From Bdellovibrionales bacterium (GTDB lineage: Bacteria; Bdellovibrionota; Bdellovibrionia; Bdellovibrionales; JAUICD01): DNA of 64,000 bases. Shown one piece after another: positions 58,751 through 64,000 of the stretch. How positions within the stretch are numbered: the first letter of the stretch is position 1; the number at the start of each line of letters is the position of its first letter. The position numbers were made by a program, and so were the translations under genes. The stretch covers positions 2,112,001-2,176,000 of the forward strand of contig OZ241865.1 in NCBI GenBank assembly GCA_965203275.1, in the 5' to 3' direction. The notes beneath the pieces are model-generated. The model did not search any database. It was not told where the DNA came from and saw only the letters and a list, made by a program, of their open reading frames with translations.

Positions 58751-61378
58751 TTAAAGTTCTTTTTGTAGGTTTTGTTGCCATGATTTTTCCATAAGAATTT
58801 TAAATATCATTTTTTGATCTTGTTGATTAGCTACTTCAAAGCTCCCTACATCCATGGATTGATCTTTATGATATTGTTCTAGTAGTTTGAATAATTTTTC
58901 TTTGTACAGTGTATCATCATTGCCTTTCAGGTGGTCTCCTTTGGTTTCTAAAACAACATACTTTTTTTCTTTAGCATTTGAACCTTCTTTAATTGCATAA
59001 GCTAAAAAATCTGGCCAGATTTTTCTTTTCTGCCAGCCTTGCAGATGATAATCAGTAGAGCTTTGTCTTGCAACCATTCGATGCCACCATTTGATAGCTT
59101 GATGTTCGTCTAAGTACCAAGCTACTTGCTTTTCAAGTGTATTGTAATGTTTTTCATAAGTCCTATCAAATAAGCTTAATTGTAAAGGACTTCCATCTCT
59201 CTGGCTCAAGACTCGATTTTGATCAGATATATTGTGAAAACTCATTTCTTGGTCCATTGTCCAGTTCAGATCAATATTATCTTTAAATATCTTAAAACAA
59301 ATCAAGCCTTCTTTTAACTTGCTAATAAATAATTGCTCTGATAATTGACTGACTTGATCTTTAATGTCATTTTCTATTTTATTGAGCAGAAAATTTCTAT
59401 TCAGATAAATATCTTGATGGGATATACCTTGAGATTGAAGGGTTTGGATCACTTCATCAAGTATGCGACTTGCTTCTATAGGGTTAGGGATAAAATGACA
59501 CAGTCTTTTAGACATGAGTGAAAAATCCATCGACATCAATGAGGCTATGTGGGATTGCCTTTGGCTTTCTAACATTTCAAGTTGCCCTTGTGGTTCTTCT
59601 ATATCTACTTTGATGATGTCTGTTTTAAGTTTAAGAGATTGAATATAATCCGGTGTGATAGTTTCTTTTTGAGAATAGGAAATTTGACTGTAGTTTATAT
59701 TTTGTAAAATATCAGATTCATAAATAATATTTCGCCATTTATTATCTTGTTTATACAGCACACGAGGCAAGAATATTGTGGTTTTTTGAAATGCTTTTCT
59801 ACGTGGAATGATTTTTCTTTCCACTTGATGGTCTTTATATTTGATTTGATCAATCACATCGTCCATGCCTTCTTTTTGCAGGCCCTTTTTAATATCCTCT
59901 ACTACGTCTTTAACGATTCGGTTATAACAGAACACATAACTTTCATTCAGATCAGGAAACTCTTTAATGGTTCTTGTGTGGGGTTGTCTTAAGATTCTAC
60001 CAATCAATTGAGTAAGAGCCTGTTTGGATTCAGACTTTCCAAGTATGGCAAGTACATAAGCAAAGGGGCAGTCCCATCCTTCTTGAAGGGCCCTATTGGT
60101 GATGATGTACTCTACTGGAGAAGCATCACTGAGGAGGTCTTCGTCTTTAAGTTCATTACGGCCAGATGTTTTAATACGGACAGATGCAGGATTGATACCT
60201 AAGTGATTTATTAGATATTGCTGGGTGTCTTCTGCGTGGATAAATTTACTGCCTTTTTGTTCTTTGCCTGTTCTTTCTACTTGAATGAGCATGATAGGAC
60301 GTATGTAGCGACGAGAATGATAATGAAATTCCTTAGCTTGAGTTTTAAGTTCTTTGAGTTTTTCGTATGCTTGATGTAGTGTTTTTTTCCAATCACTCTT
60401 TTCAGAATTACTAATATTGATAGGGATTTTGATCATGTTTTCTTCTTTGAGCCTTACACCTGAAACACTTACCAGTACATTACTTTTATGTTCTTTCATG
60501 TTAGGGGTTGCTGATAATTCTAAAATAAAGCGAGGGTTTAATGTGGATATGGTTTTTCTTGCAAGTTGGGAATAAGCTCTATGGCCTTCATCTAATATAA
60601 CAATGGGTCTGACAATACGGAGAGCATTACCCAGGCTATGTTTGATGGATATATTTTTTACACCTCCAAAATTTTGTTTCAGGTCACCCTCATAATCTAA
60701 ATTAGATATTTGATCTAGTAATTGGTTATTGGCTTTATGATGGTCAGATGGAGGGAAGAAATCAACAAATTGACCTGAGTTTTTAAAGACTTTTAAAGAT
60801 TCTTTTGTGTCTCTATTTGCAGATGGCAACATAAGAAGCATCACACAAAGGTGGTCTTGAACATCTTGTAGAGAAAGGGCAGAAGTTTTTTCTAGGATTT
60901 TAACGTTTCCTCTACCGCCAGCAGCCATAGCTAATACATCCTTGTAAGGATGATCTATGTTCTTGAACGCTTGTAACGTTTGTCTATAGATAGCTTCTGT
61001 GGGGACAATCCATAAAATAAATCCTGTATTTCTTTTAAAATAATCAATATTGATTTCGTAAAGAGCATGGAGGGCAATAAGGGTCTTGCCTCCACCTGTA
61101 GGTACTTTAAGACAAACATTCGGCACAGTATTTCCAATTCCATCTTTTACATTTATATATGGAAATGGATGCCCATGTTTATCTTTAGCAATAGGAATTT
61201 TATTTTCTTCTATAAGTTGTTCCCAAGCTTTTTTGCAAAAGTCTTGGAAGTGTCTTGCCTTACCTTCTTTTTTGTGGTGTTGCACAAGAATATTTTCATC
61301 TTTATATGTTTTTTCAAGAGCTTCTACGTATTGTTTTAATTTGTTTAAGATGGCTATTTGAAATTCTTTAAGTTGCAT
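58751..61378 (-). CDS. res: Type III restriction enzyme Res subunit
   Basis: PTGGGKT, DEGH, SATP, L.EGWDCP, Q.IGR.LR, PDF...ETKG nuclease motif. Confidence 0.92.
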   Translation of the reverse strand: MQLKEFQIAILNKLKQYVEALEKTYKDENILVQHHKKEGKARHFQDFCKKAWEQLIEENKIPIAKDKHGHPFPYINVKDGIGNTVPNVCLKVPTGGGKTLIALHALYEINIDYFKRNTGFILWIVPTEAIYRQTLQAFKNIDHPYKDVLAMAAGGRGNVKILEKTSALSLQDVQDHLCVMLLMLPSANRDTKESLKVFKNSGQFVDFFPPSDHHKANNQLLDQISNLDYEGDLKQNFGGVKNISIKHSLGNALRIVRPIVILDEGHRAYSQLARKTISTLNPRFILELSATPNMKEHKSNVLVSVSGVRLKEENMIKIPINISNSEKSDWKKTLHQAYEKLKELKTQAKEFHYHSRRYIRPIMLIQVERTGKEQKGSKFIHAEDTQQYLINHLGINPASVRIKTSGRNELKDEDLLSDASPVEYIITNRALQEGWDCPFAYVLAILGKSESKQALTQLIGRILRQPHTRTIKEFPDLNESYVFCYNRIVKDVVEDIKKGLQKEGMDDVIDQIKYKDHQVERKIIPRRKAFQKTTIFLPRVLYKQDNKWRNIIYESDILQNINYSQISYSQKETITPDYIQSLKLKTDIIKVDIEEPQGQLEMLESQRQSHIASLMSMDFSLMSKRLCHFIPNPIEASRILDEVIQTLQSQGISHQDIYLNRNFLLNKIENDIKDQVSQLSEQLFISKLKEGLICFKIFKDNIDLNWTMDQEMSFHNISDQNRVLSQRDGSPLQLSLFDRTYEKHYNTLEKQVAWYLDEHQAIKWWHRMVARQSSTDYHLQGWQKRKIWPDFLAYAIKEGSNAKEKKYVVLETKGDHLKGNDDTLYKEKLFKLLEQYHKDQSMDVGSFEVANQQDQKMIFKILMEKSWQQNLQKEL

Positions 61379-61775
61379 TTGTTTTCTCTTTTTTTAGGTT
61401 GTTGTTATTTTATTCCTTCATTTGTTGGTTATGTGAGCATTCTTATAAGCATTTTGTGGATTTGAAATGGCATTTGGCAAAACACAAGACCTTTTTGTGG
61501 TAGATCCTCTGGTGGGACAAAACAAGCCATTGCAAACACATAAGCCTTTATATGCTTTTTCAAGAGCTTCTACGTATTGTTTTAATTTGTTTAAGATGGC
61601 TATTTGAAATTCTTTAAGTTGCATTTGTTTCCTCTTTTTTTTAGGTTGTTTGTTGGTTATGTGAGCATTCTTATAAGCATTTTGTGGATTTGAAATGGCA
61701 TTTGGCAAAACACAAGACCTTTTTGTGGTAGATCCTCTGGTGGGACAAAACAAGCCATTGCAAACACATAAGCCC
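61300..61775. repeat. About 230-247 bp tandem duplication of the mod 3' end / res 5' start
   Basis: Two near-identical copies joined at about 61547. Confidence 0.92.
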
Positions 61776-63402
61776 TTTTGCACTTTTCTACCTTCATCGT
61801 TTGCAATATTAAAGCCTCTCTTTTAGCATGCAAGGCTGAAGCATCGCTTCTTAAAAACTCCTTATCTGGTTGATACACTACAAAAATAGCAACGTCGTTT
61901 TTGGTCTTACCTACATAATAATCACCACGCTTTTTAAATTTTTGAAGTGCTTGGCCTGTTGCTGTGTAGAAAATATACGGAGCTAGCACATTGTATGTAG
62001 GTAGAGATTTGCATTTTAAAAAGTTTTCTTCATTGAACTCTTGACCTAAGGTGCAGTAAGCAAATGAACCACCTAAGCCTTTTTTTAATCTGTCGTCTTT
62101 AGCCGTGGGGATACCTTTAATAACCCGTCGGATACGTTCAGCAGTGATGTTATTGGCATAGTCCTCGCATTCTATAAGGATAAATTTGCGATTCCCTCCA
62201 TCTTCCTTGTTGAGGTCAAGGACTGCATGGGCTGTCGTACCACTGCCCGCAAAAGAATCTAAAATAATAGCGTTTTTATCAGCAATTAATGAAATACATC
62301 TTTTAATCAATTCTGGTGATTTTGGAAAATCAAAAGAATCTTCTCCTTGAAATATTTCTTTTAATATCTCCTTGCCAATTTCATGGTTAAAGCTTTTTTC
62401 TATCCATAAGGATTTTGCTTTAGTTGTCCCACCATTTTTGGGTAAATAATCCTTACGATAAATACGCCAACCTTTGTCACTATGGCCATTTGTTTGTACC
62501 CCCACAATCAAATCAGGATTTTGTTTGATTTTTTGTTTGCTCCATGTCCAACACCCTTCTTTCCCTTTTGAATCTTTAGGTAAAACCTTCAGATTATATT
62601 CTTTGTTATGGGTTAAAGATATTTTTCCATTTGTTGGATGAACAAAAATAGGAAAAAATAAATTAGGCCTGGTTTCTTTATTGAAAAATTGGATCCCTGA
62701 ATTTCTAAGGCGTAGTAAACGAAACTTTCCTTTTTTATCTTCTTTATTATATTCATCAATTGTTTTTTGAGGTTTAGGTATTTCTTGAATGACATCTTTA
62801 GAAGGGCTTTTAGTGAAAATTAAAATATGCTCATGAGTTTGTGCAATACCTTTTCTAAGGGATCTTCCTCTTGGATTTGTTTGAACTATAATATCAGCTA
62901 AAAAGTTTCCTTCTCCAAAAATTTCTTCACTGATGCTCTTTAGATTATAACATTCATGATCATCTATACTGATAAAAATCACACCATCTTCAGCAAGTAG
63001 CACTTTGAGTAACTCTAACCGAGGCCACATCATGCAAAGCCATTTATCATGCCTTTCCATATCGTCTTTGCCGATGCCATTTTCTGTAAACCATCTGCAC
63101 ATCACAGGATTGTTGACTTTATCATTGTATTTCCAGTTTTCGTTCCCTGTGTTATAAGGTGGGTCAATATAAATGCATTTGATCTTTCCTCCATAATGAG
63201 GGATAAGGGCTTTAAGAGCATGAAGGTTGTCCCCATGGATCATCAAATGATCATCTAAAGATGGCTTACTAGTCTGGCTTGAAACATAAGATTTTTTGGC
63301 ATTGATCTCAAGAGGATAAAAAGGCACTGTCAAATGATGGGTACGGACAATTGATTTGCCCTTAAAATTCAACACTGGCATAGCACACCTCTTTTTTGCC
63401 AC
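61657..63402 (-). CDS. mod: Type III R-M Mod subunit
   Basis: DPPY, TRD, FDFPK, DSFAGSGTT; upstream of res; the start is probably MPVLNFKGK. Confidence 0.93.
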   Translation of the reverse strand: MAKKRCAMPVLNFKGKSIVRTHHLTVPFYPLEINAKKSYVSSQTSKPSLDDHLMIHGDNLHALKALIPHYGGKIKCIYIDPPYNTGNENWKYNDKVNNPVMCRWFTENGIGKDDMERHDKWLCMMWPRLELLKVLLAEDGVIFISIDDHECYNLKSISEEIFGEGNFLADIIVQTNPRGRSLRKGIAQTHEHILIFTKSPSKDVIQEIPKPQKTIDEYNKEDKKGKFRLLRLRNSGIQFFNKETRPNLFFPIFVHPTNGKISLTHNKEYNLKVLPKDSKGKEGCWTWSKQKIKQNPDLIVGVQTNGHSDKGWRIYRKDYLPKNGGTTKAKSLWIEKSFNHEIGKEILKEIFQGEDSFDFPKSPELIKRCISLIADKNAIILDSFAGSGTTAHAVLDLNKEDGGNRKFILIECEDYANNITAERIRRVIKGIPTAKDDRLKKGLGGSFAYCTLGQEFNEENFLKCKSLPTYNVLAPYIFYTATGQALQKFKKRGDYYVGKTKNDVAIFVVYQPDKEFLRSDASALHAKREALILQTMKVEKCKRAYVFAMACFVPPEDLPQKGLVFCQMPFQIHKMLIRMLT

Positions 63403-63474
63403 ACTCTTACACTTTATAGCTTCTTAGTCAACAAGTAAAATAAGCATTTATTAAACCCTTGAATGGCTATAGAG

Positions 63475-64000
63475 TCAAGGTTTTTCTAAGTCTAAAAACT
63501 CCAGATGACCTGCCTTAAGCAATCGATCTAAGGCATGTTTGCTATGACTAAGGATTTTTGTATTTTGACTTGCAAGCCCTACTTTAAGAATAGCTCTTAT
63601 TTCTTCTTCAGGAATAAACACCATTTGATCTCCTAGTAGCATTATTTCAGTCAGTTTAGCAAAGCACTCTAAAACCTGTTCTTTGTAATTCTCTAAAAAG
63701 GTATACAATACTCTTATTTGCTTATAGACATAGGTATCTTCTATAGTATTGGTCTTTTTGTTTTCTCTACAAATATCTAAAATTTCAGAATATTTACCAA
63801 GCCTCCATTTCACGTCATAAAAGCAATCTGCATTTAAAAAAGCAGTGAATAATTGAAGTTCAATAGGCTCTTTTTCTTCCAATCGCCAAGCTAACCATTC
63901 CTTGATCTTCTTTTTAGAGTGATCATCAAAAACTTTACCATTATCTCTTAATTGATAGCCAACAAATCTAAATAAAAGCATCCAATATTTTTTATCTTGC
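63475..64000 (-). CDS. Hypothetical protein, partial (runs off the window)
   Basis: Frame stays open to the window end. Confidence 0.6.
   Translation of the reverse strand, partial: QDKKYWMLLFRFVGYQLRDNGKVFDDHSKKKIKEWLAWRLEEKEPIELQLFTAFLNADCFYDVKWRLGKYSEILDICRENKKTNTIEDTYVYKQIRVLYTFLENYKEQVLECFAKLTEIMLLGDQMVFIPEEEIRAILKVGLASQNTKILSHSKHALDRLLKAGHLEFLDLEKP

Noticed and set aside
61418..61783. 121-aa ORF
   Set aside because: Chimeric by-product of the mod/res tandem duplication
8179..63258. Numerous short antisense or alternative-frame ORFs overlapping long genes
   Set aside because: Shadow ORFs within well-supported genes, with no motifs

Overview
AT-rich bacterial chromosomal window, most likely from a Bdellovibrionota (Bdellovibrionales-like) organism. 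That call is inferred from a tadZ/A-tadB-RHS-small secreted protein (hit-like) locus, Agl/Glt gliding genes, FQNC/FNNC-type lipoprotein leaders, PilZ proteins and sigma28/sigma54 motifs. Housekeeping genes include rplS, a clpX-like ATPase, dapB, coaX, a cinA/pncC gene, tatA, miaA, nadK, murJ and tRNA-Ser(GGA). The window also has Tad and type IV pilus genes, ankyrin/RCC1/TPR repeat proteins, a serine recombinase, and a type III R-M locus with a second, inverted mod gene. The most striking signal is non-coding. About ten intergenic clusters are built from a ~150-nt element (family A) whose primary sequence varies between copies while its core helices are preserved by compensatory changes, with G-U wobbles and GNRA-type loops pointing to one strand. 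It co-clusters with a second long-hairpin element and RGATCCC heptamer tracts, and shows recurrent nested or inverted self-insertion junctions; no transposase or RT is encoded in the window. Secondary signals are a shared TAAGACCAAT-sigma28 module linking ankyrin and pilin genes next to the recombinase, a G14 frameshift in a secreted Cys-rich protein, and an unannotated 46-aa prepilin. All calls are by-eye; no database searches were run.
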